This document shows positions 20,701 through 31,330 of a stretch of 64,000 bases of DNA, in pieces. Position numbers and translations under genes: made by a program. Source of the DNA: an uncultured Chloroflexia bacterium. Lineage in GTDB: Bacteria > Chloroflexota > Limnocylindria > Limnocylindrales > CSP1-4. Numbering within the stretch: position 1 is the stretch's first letter; each line of letters starts with the position of its first letter. The stretch spans positions 22,439 through 86,438 of the forward strand of contig CAWAKU010000022.1 in assembly GCA_963782715.1 (NCBI GenBank), in the 5' to 3' direction. The notes below the pieces were generated by a model. That model was given only the letters and a program-made list of their open reading frames with translations, was not told where the DNA came from and ran no database searches.

Positions 20701-22632
20701 CCCGATGAAGACGGTCCCCCGCCACTGGTTGGCCGAGGTGATGCTGAGCCGGTACTGCCAGACCGAGTTGCCGGAGGTCCCGCCCTTGTGGACGACCGCC
20801 CCGCCGACCCCGTTGACGGCGTTCAGCTTGGCCCACGCCTCGATGCTGAAGTCGCCGGTGTAGTTGAGACCGGCCGCGTTCGCGACCTCGACGTAGCCGT
20901 TGGTCGCGACGCCGATGGCGGTGTTCGCGTCCGAGGCGAGGGCGCCCGGCTTGCCGAGCGTGACGCCGCCCTTGGCCGTGCCCGGGTTCGTCCCGGCCGA
21001 ATCGGCCAGGGCCGTGCCCGACGTCTCGCCCAGGCGCCAGTAGCTGGTCGGGCCGTCGGCCAGCACGGTCGCGCTGTAGCCAGACGGCGGCGGGGCGGCG
21101 GACACGACGATGTAGCCGGTCCTGGTCAGGCTGCCCGGGCCACCGGCGTTGGTGGCGGTCAGGGTCACGTCGTAGGTGCCGGCAGCGGCATAGGTGTGGC
21201 TGGGCGACTGGGTCGTGGCGGTCGTGCCGTCACCGAAGGTCCAGGCCCAGCTGGTCGGGCTGTTGGTCGACTGATCGGTGAAGTGGACCGCCAGGGGAGC
21301 CTGGCCGGTCGTCACGTCGGCGCTGAAGGCGGCCACCGGGGCCGGTGGCGGCGGGGCGGCGGACACGACGATGTAGCCGGTCCTGGTCAGGCTGCCCGGG
21401 CCACCGGCGTTGGTGGCGGTCAGGGTCACGTCGTAGGTGCCGGCAGCGGCATAGGTGTGGCTGGGCGACTGGGTCGTGGCGGTCGTGCCGTCACCGAAGG
21501 TCCAGGCCCAGCTGGTCGGGCTGTTGGTCGACTGATCGGTGAAGTGGACCGCCAGGGGAGCCTGGCCGGTCGTCACGTCGGCGCTGAAGGCGGCCACCGG
21601 GGCCGGTGGCGGCGGGGCGGCGGACACGACGATGTAGCCGGTCCTGGTCAGGCTGCCCGGGCCACCGGCGTTGGTGGCGGTCAGGGTCACGTCGTAGGTG
21701 CCGGCAGCGGCATAGGTGTGGCTGGGCGACTGGGTCGTGGCGGTCGTGCCGTCACCGAAGGTCCAGGCCCAGCTGGTCGGGCTGTTGGTCGACTGATCGG
21801 TGAAGTGGACCGCCAGGGGAGCCTGGCCGGTCGTCACGTCGGCGCTGAAGGCGGCCACCGGGGCCGGTGGCGGCGCGGCGGCGGCGGCCGCGAAGTGGGC
21901 CGTGACGCGGGCGGCGGCGAGGGCCGCCGGGTAGACCGCGACCTCGTCGATCGAGCCGTTGAAGTAGTCGGCCGAGCTCGCCCCGGTCCGGCCGATGGCC
22001 AGCATCCCGGTGTTCGTGTTCAGCGTGCCGGTCACCGTCGCGCTGGCGACCGCACTGCCGTTGACGTAGAGGGTCAGGGTCGTGCCGGACTTGGTCAGGA
22101 CGAGGTAGGTCCAGGCGGTCGTGGCGGCCACCGGGGCGGTCACCGTGATCGCCGACGACCCGATGAAGACGGTCCCCCGCCACTGGTTGGCCGAGGTGAT
22201 GCTGAGCCGGTACTGCCAGACCGAGTAGCCCGACGTGCCGCCCTTGTGGACGACCGCCCCGCCGACCCCGTTGACGGCGTTCAGCTTGGCCCACGCCTCG
22301 ATGCTGAAGTCGCCGGTGTAGTTGAGACCGGCCGCGTTCGCGACCTCGACGTAGCCGTTGGTCGCGACGCCGATGGCGGTGTTCGCGTCCGAGGCGAGGG
22401 CGCCCGGCTTGCCGAGCGTGACGCCGCCCTTGGCCGTGCCCGGGTTCGTCCCGGCCGAATCGGCCATGGCCGTGCCCGACGTCTCGCCCAGGCGCCAGTA
22501 GCTGGTCGGGCCGTCGGCCAGCACGGTCGCGCTGTAGGAGGTGCCGGCTGCCATCGCCAGGGGGACGGCCATCGTCGTCCAGACGAAGAGGATCGCAACC
22601 AACGCGGCTGCCCGGCGACCGAAAGCGCTCAT
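17720..22632 (-). CDS. Large secreted LamG/PKD repeat protein, with apparent frameshifts at about 18125-18175
   Basis: Signal peptide, then LamG-PKDx3-LamG-PKDx2-unknown beta-rich domain-PKD-LamG; WTFGDG PKD motifs; FNGSIDEVAVY LamG motifs. Confidence 0.9.
19910..22535. repeat. Near-perfect internal repeats: five 261-bp PKD units and a LamG-PKD block repeated at a 1458-bp offset
   Basis: Identical DNA recurs at 21345 and 21606 (261 bp apart) and at 20294 and 21752 (1458 bp apart). Confidence 0.92.
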
Positions 22633-22901
22633 GGCCGTACGTCCCTCGATCCGATATCCGACGAGCATGGCCCCGAGCGTCGCCCTGCGCGCGATGATAG
22701 CCTGACAACACCACGAGAACAATCGGCCGTCAGGCTGTCGGAGGACGAACGCCACCGCCGACTAGGTAGACTTGTCCATGGACCATTGGTCGACTCGGCC
22801 CTTAACCTCGGGGCGAGTGGCGAGAACCGGGACCGAGCCGATCCAGACCCAGCTGGAGCGTGGATGCTGAACCGGACAGACCCAGGCGTGAGGTCGCGAC
22901 G

Positions 22902-23168
22902 ATGAATCTGTCGCGCGGCGTCCAGGCCATCGTGACCCTTGGCTTCGTGGCGTATATCCACCACGCCGTCGGCCACGCCGGAGACGAGCGGAACATCCGA
23001 GCCCTTGCTCGACATCTCGATTGCTCGATGGACGACGCGCGAAAGCTGTATCTCGTATCCCGGATCGACGGCTACGGGGCGGCATACCGGCAGGTCTTCC
23101 CGAACGGCCAGGAGCCCGATGCCGAGACGGTGGCCCACGATGCCGCCATGAAACGGGTCCGTCACTGA
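22902..23168 (+). CDS. Hypothetical protein, 88 aa
   Basis: GAGG RBS; fills the gap between minus-strand genes; no family recognised. Confidence 0.55.
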   Translation: MNLSRGVQAIVTLGFVAYIHHAVGHAGDERNIRALARHLDCSMDDARKLYLVSRIDGYGAAYRQVFPNGQEPDAETVAHDAAMKRVRH

Positions 23169-23176
23169 CAGCCCGT

Positions 23177-26100
23177 TCATCGGTCGAGCACCGGATCGAC
23201 GTTCCGCCGCAACCACACCCGATTCGCACCATGGCTCCCGTCGGCCGCGAATGACCCGACATGTCGGAGCCACGACAGGGTGATGGCCCGGCGCGCTCCT
23301 TCGGGATCGACCGGCCAGCCGAGGTTGCAGGTCTCGAGGATCGCCCGCTCGGTCGCATCCCAGTCCGGACGGTCGAGGGCCGAGGCGACGACCTCGCCCA
23401 GTTCGAGCTGACCGTTGAGCCGCCGCGCATACAGCAGCAGATGGATGACATCGTGGAGCGGCAGCTCCGGGCGACCGGCCAGGTCCCAGTCAACGACGCC
23501 CAGGATCTGCGACCCGTCGGCGCTGCCCAGGATGTTGCCGGCCCAGTAATCGCCGTGGACCCAGCCGACGTCGACCTGCTGGTCGGTCAGCTCGTCCCGC
23601 AGGTTGGCCGCCAGGCGGGCAAGAGCCCGCAGCCGACGTCGCCCATCGGCACGGCCGGCAAGCGAACCGGCGATGGCCGCGGCCGGTCGATCGATCCACG
23701 AGTCGATGAGGCGCTCGTCGACGGCCAGGCGCTCGCTCGTCTTGCCGTGGAGGACGCCGATCCAGTCGGCAGCCGCGGTCAGGAAGCGTGATCGGACCTC
23801 CGGGTCGCGGATGAGCCGATCTCCTCGGACACCCACCAGCGGCTCCTCCAGGAGGTAGGCCACGCCATCGTGATGGCCGAACGAACGGATCTGCGGGAGA
23901 GCCGGACCGAGTCCGGCCAGCCGGGGATCCAGGCGCAGGCGATCGACCGTGGCGACGTGCGCAAGCAATGCCTGATCGTTGCCGCGCCGGGCGACCTTGA
24001 GCACGACCGTCGGATCGGCGCCGCCGTCGGCCATCCAGGCGACACGCACGCCGGTATCGGTCACGATCACGTCGCGGACGGATTCGTGGTCGAGGACGCC
24101 GCCCTTCCGGAGTTCGGCGACGACCCCCTGCAGGTCGAACGGGCTCCGCGACGCGCGAGCCGCGATGAGCCGCCGCCGATTGCGCGCGACCGGGGCCAGG
24201 ATGGCGGTATCGAACCGGCTGACGACGCCGCGTGGGCCGTCGCCGGCGGCCTGACCCCAGCGGTCGGCCTGCATGCGCCAGATCATCGACGCCACATCCT
24301 CGAGAATGGCTTCGGGTGTGCGCTCGGCGTCCACGACCACGGTGTCCGGCCGCAGGCTGGCGAAGGCACGCAGAGCGTCGACGGCGCTGCGACGCCCGGT
24401 CCCGGCGGCCTCGGGCTTCCGGGCGTCGAGGACCTCCTCGGACGCATCGAGCAGGACGGTCAGGTCCGGGTTCGGGATCAGCCGTATGAGCATCCAGAAG
24501 TACACGCGCTTGAGTGCGATCAGCCGTCCACTCGGCGGGATCGTCGCGTCGTAGGTGTAGCGGTCGAAGACGACGATCCGGCCGAAAGCCCGGTGGACCT
24601 GGCCGACGGCGTAGCGAGCCAGGACTCGGGCTGGCCGGACACCGATCTCCAGCGGGGCGAGCCAGCGATAGCCCGGCCCGTCGCCGCGCTTCCAGAGGCC
24701 CATGTACACGACCCGAACGCGCGAGCCATAGGCCTCGGCCAGGCCGTCCGCGAGCGAGGACTTGCCGGCTCCGTCGAGCCCGAGCAGGGCGACCGTCAGC
24801 CCGCCGCGCCGCAGCCGGGCGAACGGTTCGACCGCCCGACCGAGCGCTCCGAGGGCCCAGCCCGACGCGATCCGCGAGATGGACCGTCGCCGCCAGGTCA
24901 TCGCCAGCGACGATCCGAGCTTCTCGACGGCGTCGAGGTCCCCCCGCCGGATGGCGTCGAGCACACCGGCGGCATCCGAGGGCGCCGGGAGCGCGGTCCC
25001 GACCATCGCTCCGAACGGGCCATCCGGCGTCGCGTGAGCGACCAGTGCCTGGAGGTCGACGGCGCGCTGCGGCGAGATGGCGCCCTTGTCCAGCAGGCAG
25101 TGCAGCAGCAGACACCAGAACGCGTCGTCCGGGTCGAGACTCACGGCCGATCCGTCGCGCGTCCGTCGCGACAGCGCGACATCGGTGAGGTCGGTCGGCA
25201 TCTCGAAGAACCGACCGAAGGACAGCTCGCTGACGATGTCCAGCTCGACGAACTGCCGGGTCACCCGGTCGTAGGTGGCGAAGAACCGGTGGCTGCCCCG
25301 TCCCTTGCTGACCAGCTCGACGTAGCCCAGCCGTTGCAGGAGGGAGCGGACGGACCGCATGTCGTCCGGGTGGACGAGGATGTCGACGTCGTCGGCCGTG
25401 CCCGAACGATATTCCCGGAGCAGCGACCATTCGATGCGATTGGTCTCGAGCGTGTCGAAGACCGGCGCGAGCCCCGCGATGTCGACGACAGCCCGGTCGC
25501 CATCGATGGCCCGAGCCCGGGCATCCGCCGGCGCGCGAGGCACCAGGCCGGCCAGATCGCCCACGACGTAGGTCGACGTCCGCGCCCGCCACATCGGCCT
25601 GAGTCCGGCGATCAGCACGACCAGCGCCACCGTCGACTGCGCCACCAGCCAGGCGACGCCGACGCCGAGGATCCCGAGCGGTCCGAGGAGCAGGAGGCTG
25701 AGCGAGATGCTGAGCACAGCCAGCGCGCCCTGGACGAGGACGACCCGGCCGACCTGGCGGCGGACACGGGCCACGCTCAGGTAGATCGCGTTGACCCCGT
25801 GCGGCAGGACGGCGAGGGTCAGGCATCGAAGCAGGCCCTCGCCCTCGGCCTGGTACTGCTCGCCGAACAGCCGGAGGATCACCCCGGCGAAGACGAAGAC
25901 GCCGAGCACCAGGGGAACCTGGATGCGGACGAGGAGGGTCAGCGCCCGCCGGCTGTCGAACTCGAGCGTCTCACGTCGCGCGGCGCCCTCGACCATGAGC
26001 GACGTGGCGATGTTGAGCGACATGAGCTGGAGCGAGTAGGCGATCGTCCAGGCGATATAGAAGTAGGCGCTGTCGTCCGCCCCCAACGTCGCCAGGACGA

Positions 26101-26890
26101 TGAGCGGCAGGAGCGAGACCGAGGCGTTGACCAGCAGCGACCCGGCGTAGTCGCCGACGAGGTAGCGGACGATCTGCCGTGTGCCGGCCTCCATCGCCCG
26201 TGCCGACCGGGCCGCTGCGTGCCGCGGGATGAAGCGCGCGAAGATCAGGATGTTGACGGGGATGAGCAGCAATGCGGCCGGGACCGTCCAGGATGCGAAG
26301 ATGCCGAAGCCGGCGACCCCCGTCGACAGCGCGATGAGCAGGACGATCTTGGCGACGGCGAAGGCGGTATTGCTGATCGGCACCCAGATCGTCTGGCGCA
26401 GGCCGGTCAGCACGCCGTCCTGCAACGCGAAGATGCTCCAGGCGACGGTCCCGATGACGAACCAGGCCGCGATCGGCGAGGATCCGACGAGCCCGGTCGC
26501 CTCCGGAGCCCAGTGCTGCACGCCGGCCAGGAAGATCAGGGCCGCCACCGCGGAGAGGACGCCGGCGGCGAGGTAGGCGGACGTGACCAGACGTCGCGTC
26601 GCGGCGCTCGCCGTCGGCACGAATCGGCTGAGTGCGCCGCTCATGTTCAGCTGGGCGAGGTACGACAGGAACGTCATCGACGAGATGACCGCGGCATTCA
26701 CGCCGACCGACGACGGCTCGTACAGGCGCGCGGCGAGCGTCCAGTAGACCATCCCGAGGACGGACGTCGAGCCGCTGCTGAGGATGAGGGCGTAGGCGCC
26801 GCCGTACAGCGGCGTCTGGACGTGGTCGACGAGCCGGCCGAGCTGCGCCCCGGCGGACCCGACGAGCGTTGGTTGGACCGACGGTCTCAT
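23177..26890 (-). CDS. Fusion of Wzx-type flippase, nucleotidyltransferase-like, thymidylate-kinase-like and APH/choline-kinase-like domains
   Basis: About 12-TM N-terminus; DDVDILV; GLDGAGKS and VFDRY; VLKV, HGDYWAGN and VVDWD. Confidence 0.85.
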   Translation of the reverse strand: MRPSVQPTLVGSAGAQLGRLVDHVQTPLYGGAYALILSSGSTSVLGMVYWTLAARLYEPSSVGVNAAVISSMTFLSYLAQLNMSGALSRFVPTASAATRRLVTSAYLAAGVLSAVAALIFLAGVQHWAPEATGLVGSSPIAAWFVIGTVAWSIFALQDGVLTGLRQTIWVPISNTAFAVAKIVLLIALSTGVAGFGIFASWTVPAALLLIPVNILIFARFIPRHAAARSARAMEAGTRQIVRYLVGDYAGSLLVNASVSLLPLIVLATLGADDSAYFYIAWTIAYSLQLMSLNIATSLMVEGAARRETLEFDSRRALTLLVRIQVPLVLGVFVFAGVILRLFGEQYQAEGEGLLRCLTLAVLPHGVNAIYLSVARVRRQVGRVVLVQGALAVLSISLSLLLLGPLGILGVGVAWLVAQSTVALVVLIAGLRPMWRARTSTYVVGDLAGLVPRAPADARARAIDGDRAVVDIAGLAPVFDTLETNRIEWSLLREYRSGTADDVDILVHPDDMRSVRSLLQRLGYVELVSKGRGSHRFFATYDRVTRQFVELDIVSELSFGRFFEMPTDLTDVALSRRTRDGSAVSLDPDDAFWCLLLHCLLDKGAISPQRAVDLQALVAHATPDGPFGAMVGTALPAPSDAAGVLDAIRRGDLDAVEKLGSSLAMTWRRRSISRIASGWALGALGRAVEPFARLRRGGLTVALLGLDGAGKSSLADGLAEAYGSRVRVVYMGLWKRGDGPGYRWLAPLEIGVRPARVLARYAVGQVHRAFGRIVVFDRYTYDATIPPSGRLIALKRVYFWMLIRLIPNPDLTVLLDASEEVLDARKPEAAGTGRRSAVDALRAFASLRPDTVVVDAERTPEAILEDVASMIWRMQADRWGQAAGDGPRGVVSRFDTAILAPVARNRRRLIAARASRSPFDLQGVVAELRKGGVLDHESVRDVIVTDTGVRVAWMADGGADPTVVLKVARRGNDQALLAHVATVDRLRLDPRLAGLGPALPQIRSFGHHDGVAYLLEEPLVGVRGDRLIRDPEVRSRFLTAAADWIGVLHGKTSERLAVDERLIDSWIDRPAAAIAGSLAGRADGRRRLRALARLAANLRDELTDQQVDVGWVHGDYWAGNILGSADGSQILGVVDWDLAGRPELPLHDVIHLLLYARRLNGQLELGEVVASALDRPDWDATERAILETCNLGWPVDPEGARRAITLSWLRHVGSFAADGSHGANRVWLRRNVDPVLDR

Positions 26891-27744
26891 GTGCCGGCGA
26901 CCTCGGATGCAGGCGACACGACGTCCCCACCACCCCAGCGTGCCTTGAGCCGTCGGTACGTCCGCCACCCCCGCGTCACCAGTCGCTCGGTCGGCCAACC
27001 CAGCGGAAGCCCGTCACCGCTGAGCCAGTCCCGGAACGCCTCGGGCGGGGTGTCGGCGTAGACGATGATCCGGGAGATCGCGAACTGGTCGTCGGCGGGA
27101 TGGCTGATCGCCTGCTTGACGCCGCAGGCATTCGTATAGCCGGCCTCACGCACGGTCCTCTTGATGAGCGCCGAGTGATAGCCATACGGGTAGGCGATGG
27201 TGGTGACCGGTCGGCCAAGGCCGTCCTCGAGCACCTGGCGGGACCGGACGATCTCGTCGCGCGCGTCGGCATCGCGCAGCACGTCGAGCGCGACGTGGTG
27301 GTGGCCGTGCGACCCGATCTCGATGCCATGCTCCGCAAGCTCGCGGGCTTCCGTCCAGGACAGGAGTGGTCGGTCGCCTTCGCCGTCGGGTACGAGCCAG
27401 CGGCTGGTCCCGTCGATGTAGGCGCTGACGAGATAGGCGGTCGCCTTGAGCCCGAGCCCCTCGAGCACGGGCAGGACGACGCTGTGGGTTTCCCGGAACC
27501 CGTCGTCGAAGGTCAGGACGACGGTCGGTTCCACGGTCGCCGGCGCGCCCTTGGCGAGACTGCCCGCCAGGTCGCCCACGGTCACCGTCCGGCGACCGCT
27601 CCCGGCGACGGCCGCCATCTGCTCGCGGAACAGGCCCGGGTCGATGGCGAAGCCGCGGTAGCGCTCGGTCGCCTCCGTCGTGATGCTGTGGTAGCACAGG
27701 ACGGGAACGCGCTGGGCCGGGGCGACGGTCGCGGATGCGCTCAT
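26887..27744 (-). CDS. Polysaccharide deacetylase (CE4)
   Basis: VLCYHSI, LTFDDGF, IGSHGHHH, AYPYG. Confidence 0.92.
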   Translation of the reverse strand: MSASATVAPAQRVPVLCYHSITTEATERYRGFAIDPGLFREQMAAVAGSGRRTVTVGDLAGSLAKGAPATVEPTVVLTFDDGFRETHSVVLPVLEGLGLKATAYLVSAYIDGTSRWLVPDGEGDRPLLSWTEARELAEHGIEIGSHGHHHVALDVLRDADARDEIVRSRQVLEDGLGRPVTTIAYPYGYHSALIKRTVREAGYTNACGVKQAISHPADDQFAISRIIVYADTPPEAFRDWLSGDGLPLGWPTERLVTRGWRTYRRLKARWGGGDVVSPASEVAGT

Positions 27745-29027
27745 GGCCGACGACCGCGGATGCGTGCCGCGACATAGGCGAACGGTCCGACGCCGAGCCC
27801 GAGGAGCTCGCGAAGGGTCAGCTCGCGCGGGTAATCCGACTGGCGTTTGGCGTTCTTCGCCGAATGCGGATCGAACAGGTAGGCGACTCCGGTCGGCAGC
27901 CGCCGGCCGATCTCGAGCAGCTGGCGCGGGTCGCTGATGACCGTCCGCGCCAGGTACGCGCCGAGGCCCATGCCATAGCCCAGCAGGACGCGGCGCAGCT
28001 TGTCGTACGAGCGGTGGTGATAGTGGCGCACGAGCATCGAGGGCTCGTAGCCGAGTCGGGAGCCGCGCAACAGGACCCCGAGGAAGGCCGCCAGATCCTC
28101 GCCGCCACGCGACATCGTCCCACCGCCGAGCGCGACATCGAAGCCGCCGAGGGCGCGGATGGTCTCGCGCCTGAAGGCCATGTTCGCGCCCGACCCCAGG
28201 GTCCCGGCGGTATAGGGGAAAAGGGGTGCGCCGGGTGGCGGTGACGCCGGGTCGAGCACCCGCCGGGCGAAGCCCTTGTCGAAGCCGCCGTACTCCTCGA
28301 TCAGGACCTGGGCCTCGGTCTCGAGCTCGGCCGCGACGATCGGACCCGTGACGCAGTCGATCTTCGGGTCGCGCGCGAAGCCGTCGACCAGGGCCGCCGC
28401 CCAATCCGGGTCGACCAGCACATCGTCATCGAGGAACGCGACGATCTCGCCCTGGGCCTCGCGCAGACCGAGGTTCCGAGCGCGCGACGTCCCGGCGATC
28501 GGCTCCCGCAGGTAGCGGACGCCGGGCAGGCCGGCCTCGGCGAAAGCCTGCTCGGTCGCATCGCTGCTCGGCGCGTTGTCGACGACCAGGACCTGCAGCC
28601 CGGGATAGCCGGTGGCCAGGGCGGAGCGCACGCAGGCGAGGACGCGCTCGGGTCGCTCGCGGGTCGGGATCACCAGGCTCAGTGACGGCGGATCGGCCGG
28701 AACGACGGGACGGACGCGACACTCGGCGGCCTGTCCGTTCGGCGACCGCGTCGAGGCCAGACCGTCCTGGGCGAGGTGGGCTTCGATGGCCGCGGCGAGG
28801 TCGAGGGCCGCCTGCGTGGCGAGCGCGTCGCCGGGAAGGCACGGACCCACGAAGGTCGCATCGACGAGCCCGATCGGAACACCGTGCAGCCGGGCGATCG
28901 CCCGGACACCGCGCGCTCGTGGGCCGGAGTCGATCTCTGCCATGACGTCGGGGGTCGGCTCGGACAGTTCGATGTCGATGACCCGGATGGGCGCCCGACG
29001 CTCCCGTCCGGCGGCCTCGGCGGTCAT
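27741..29027 (-). CDS. Glycosyltransferase family 2
   Basis: VVDNAP, FLDDD, GANMAFRR, GGEDL. Confidence 0.92.
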   Translation of the reverse strand: MTAEAAGRERRAPIRVIDIELSEPTPDVMAEIDSGPRARGVRAIARLHGVPIGLVDATFVGPCLPGDALATQAALDLAAAIEAHLAQDGLASTRSPNGQAAECRVRPVVPADPPSLSLVIPTRERPERVLACVRSALATGYPGLQVLVVDNAPSSDATEQAFAEAGLPGVRYLREPIAGTSRARNLGLREAQGEIVAFLDDDVLVDPDWAAALVDGFARDPKIDCVTGPIVAAELETEAQVLIEEYGGFDKGFARRVLDPASPPPGAPLFPYTAGTLGSGANMAFRRETIRALGGFDVALGGGTMSRGGEDLAAFLGVLLRGSRLGYEPSMLVRHYHHRSYDKLRRVLLGYGMGLGAYLARTVISDPRQLLEIGRRLPTGVAYLFDPHSAKNAKRQSDYPRELTLRELLGLGVGPFAYVAARIRGRRP

Positions 29028-30049
29028 CGCAGGGCCTCGGGTTCGACGGCCGCGGAGGTGCTCGCCGGGGGCGCGTCGTGAGCCGTTGGTGCCGCGGTCC
29101 GGCGCAGTCGGAGACCTGCCGCGACATAGCCGATGGTCGTGAAGCCCAACCCGAGGACGATGGCGCCGGCCCGGCCGAACCCGCCGAGGTCGCCGCGCAC
29201 GACCGACCCGAGGGCACGCACCACACCGGTCGGCAGGATCACCGCGGTATAGCGGAATTCGCTGGACAGGCCTGAGCGGCGGCCACGGAGCCGGCTGACG
29301 ACCGCCTTCGATCGCCCTTCGTGATAGCAGCGCGAGCGGAAGTACGACCACTCGCTGCGGTTCGCGGCGACGTGGTGGCGGACCAGCGCCGCGGGCTCGA
29401 ACATGATCAGGTCGGCGGGGCGGCCCTCGAGCAAGCGGATGCTGAGCTCCGTCTCCTCGCACCCGGCTGGCAGCGTCCCGACCCGGCCGACCTCGTCACG
29501 GAACCCGCCGACCTCGAGCAGGGCCGCGCGCCGAAAGGCCATGTTGCAGCCGATCGGGTTGCGCACGGGCGCGCGGCTCACCGGCAGGCCGCGATACGAG
29601 CAACCCACGACCCAGCCGAATTCGTCCGGGAACCAGCTCGGTCGCGGCTTGGTCCAGACCGGCTCCGCGCCACCGCCTGTCCCGACGACATGCGGATCGA
29701 CGAATGGGGCCGTCAGCGCGGCGAGCCAGCCGTCCGCGGCAGCCGCATCGTCATCGAGGAACGCGACGATGTCGCCGCTGGCGGCCTCGACGCCGGTGTT
29801 CCGGGCGCCGGACAGCCCGCGCGTCCCGGTGTTCGCGACGACGATCGTCGGCACGAGCTCGACTTGCGCGCGACGCAGCAGCACATCGTTGTGGTCGATG
29901 ACGACGATCACTTCAAGCGGACCGGGCTGCTGCCGACGAGCCGAGTCGACCGCGTCGACGATGTCTGCCCAGCGATCCAGTGTGTAGGCGCAGATCACGA
30001 CCGATGTCTCGGCCGGCCCCGCAGTCATGTTCCGGGCGTGTGCTTCCAC
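29024..30049 (-). CDS. Glycosyltransferase family 2
   Basis: SVVICAYT, GLSGARN, FLDDDA, GCEETE. Confidence 0.92.
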   Translation of the reverse strand: MEAHARNMTAGPAETSVVICAYTLDRWADIVDAVDSARRQQPGPLEVIVVIDHNDVLLRRAQVELVPTIVVANTGTRGLSGARNTGVEAASGDIVAFLDDDAAAADGWLAALTAPFVDPHVVGTGGGAEPVWTKPRPSWFPDEFGWVVGCSYRGLPVSRAPVRNPIGCNMAFRRAALLEVGGFRDEVGRVGTLPAGCEETELSIRLLEGRPADLIMFEPAALVRHHVAANRSEWSYFRSRCYHEGRSKAVVSRLRGRRSGLSSEFRYTAVILPTGVVRALGSVVRGDLGGFGRAGAIVLGLGFTTIGYVAAGLRLRRTAAPTAHDAPPASTSAAVEPEALR

Positions 30050-30226
30050 TGACCCCCGTCAAACCCCCAGAATAGAAGCCCGATACGTGCTGTCGTGCGC
30101 ATACCCACGTGCGCTCGATGGAATCGATGAAGACGCACGAGGGCCTCGGATTGTCGCAGACAAATCGCGTTTCGCGACGCTCCAGCGTCGCCAAAAGTAC
30201 TTCCCGTTGACCGCTTGCACCAGTTC

Positions 30227-31330
30227 GTGAGCGTGCCCTCGTCCGCCGCCGCTCCCAGCGCCTGGTCGCGCGCCTGGGCGCTCATCATCTTGGTGTCGAC
30301 CATCGCGGTCGTCGTGGTCACGGTGATCGGCGCGCCAGAGGCCATCCGCGGACCGGTCACCGTGTGGTTCCTCGTGACCTGTCCCGGCATGGCCCTGGCG
30401 CGCCTGCTCGGACTCCGTCAGCCGCTCATCGAGCTGATGGTCGGCCTTGCCCTGAGCCTGGCCCTGACCGGATTGGTCGCGTCCGTCTTCCTCTATAGCG
30501 GCGCCTGGTCGCCCGTCTGGTCGCTGGTCGTCCTCGTCGCGATCACGATCGGCGGGCTGGCCGTCGCACCCGTTCCCGCGGTGCGCGATCGGCGCGTCTC
30601 GACGGCGCAGGTCACTCGCGACCATGCCCACCCGATGTCCGTCGAAGGGGGGGAACCCCCGCTGGCGGAGATGCCCCCGGTCGAGTCGCCGGCGGGGCCG
30701 CCGCCGTCGGTCCGGCCGGTGTTCACCCTCCCGTCGCCGGCGGAGCGCGAGCCGGATCCCGAACCGCTGTGGGTGACACTGGCGGCGCAGCGCCCGCGAC
30801 CCGAACCGAGCCCCGGGGTCGACACGCCAGTCGATGAGCATCCGCCGGCGGTCGCGTCCCGGAAGACCCCGGCGCGACATGCGGCGGCCAAGCCGGCGGC
30901 CAAGACCGCTGCCGGCAAGCCAGCCGCCTCAAAGCCCTCCTCGAAGCCAGCGACGACCAAACCGAAGGCCGCCACAAAGCCGACGGCGACGAAGCCGGAA
31001 GCGAAGCCCGCGGCGACGACCACCAAGCCGAAGCCCGCGGCGACGAAGCCCCCAGCGAAGCAACCAACCACAAGGCCGAGGGCCGCGGCAAAGCCCGCGG
31101 CGACGACCACCAAGCCGAAGCCCGCGGCGACCAAGCCGACAGGGACGAAGGCGGCCACCAAGCAGACCGCGCCCGAGTCGACCAACCCGGTCGCGCCGGG
31201 GCGGACGACCGACGCGCATCCTCCCGCCGCCACTGACCCATCCCCCGTCGAACCCTCGACGCCTGTCTCGGAACCTGCTCCGACAGCCAAAGCGAGGCGC
31301 CGTCCCGGCCCTCGATCCAAAGCCGGATGA
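30227..31330 (+). CDS. Four-TM membrane protein with a long Pro- then Lys/Ala/Thr/Pro-rich tail
   Basis: Hydrophobic N-terminus; KPAATTTKPKPAATK repeats. Confidence 0.75.
   Translation: MSVPSSAAAPSAWSRAWALIILVSTIAVVVVTVIGAPEAIRGPVTVWFLVTCPGMALARLLGLRQPLIELMVGLALSLALTGLVASVFLYSGAWSPVWSLVVLVAITIGGLAVAPVPAVRDRRVSTAQVTRDHAHPMSVEGGEPPLAEMPPVESPAGPPPSVRPVFTLPSPAEREPDPEPLWVTLAAQRPRPEPSPGVDTPVDEHPPAVASRKTPARHAAAKPAAKTAAGKPAASKPSSKPATTKPKAATKPTATKPEAKPAATTTKPKPAATKPPAKQPTTRPRAAAKPAATTTKPKPAATKPTGTKAATKQTAPESTNPVAPGRTTDAHPPAATDPSPVEPSTPVSEPAPTAKARRRPGPRSKAG

Noticed and set aside
19910-22535. CRISPR-like array
   Set aside because: The repeats are in-frame coding domains without spacers; no cas genes in the window.
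18139-22905. Very long antisense ORFs (also 23870-27061, 47619-50942 beyond about 48915, and the 5' extension of 9086-12067)
   Set aside because: Shadow frames of high-GC genes; Arg/Gly-rich with no recognisable motifs.
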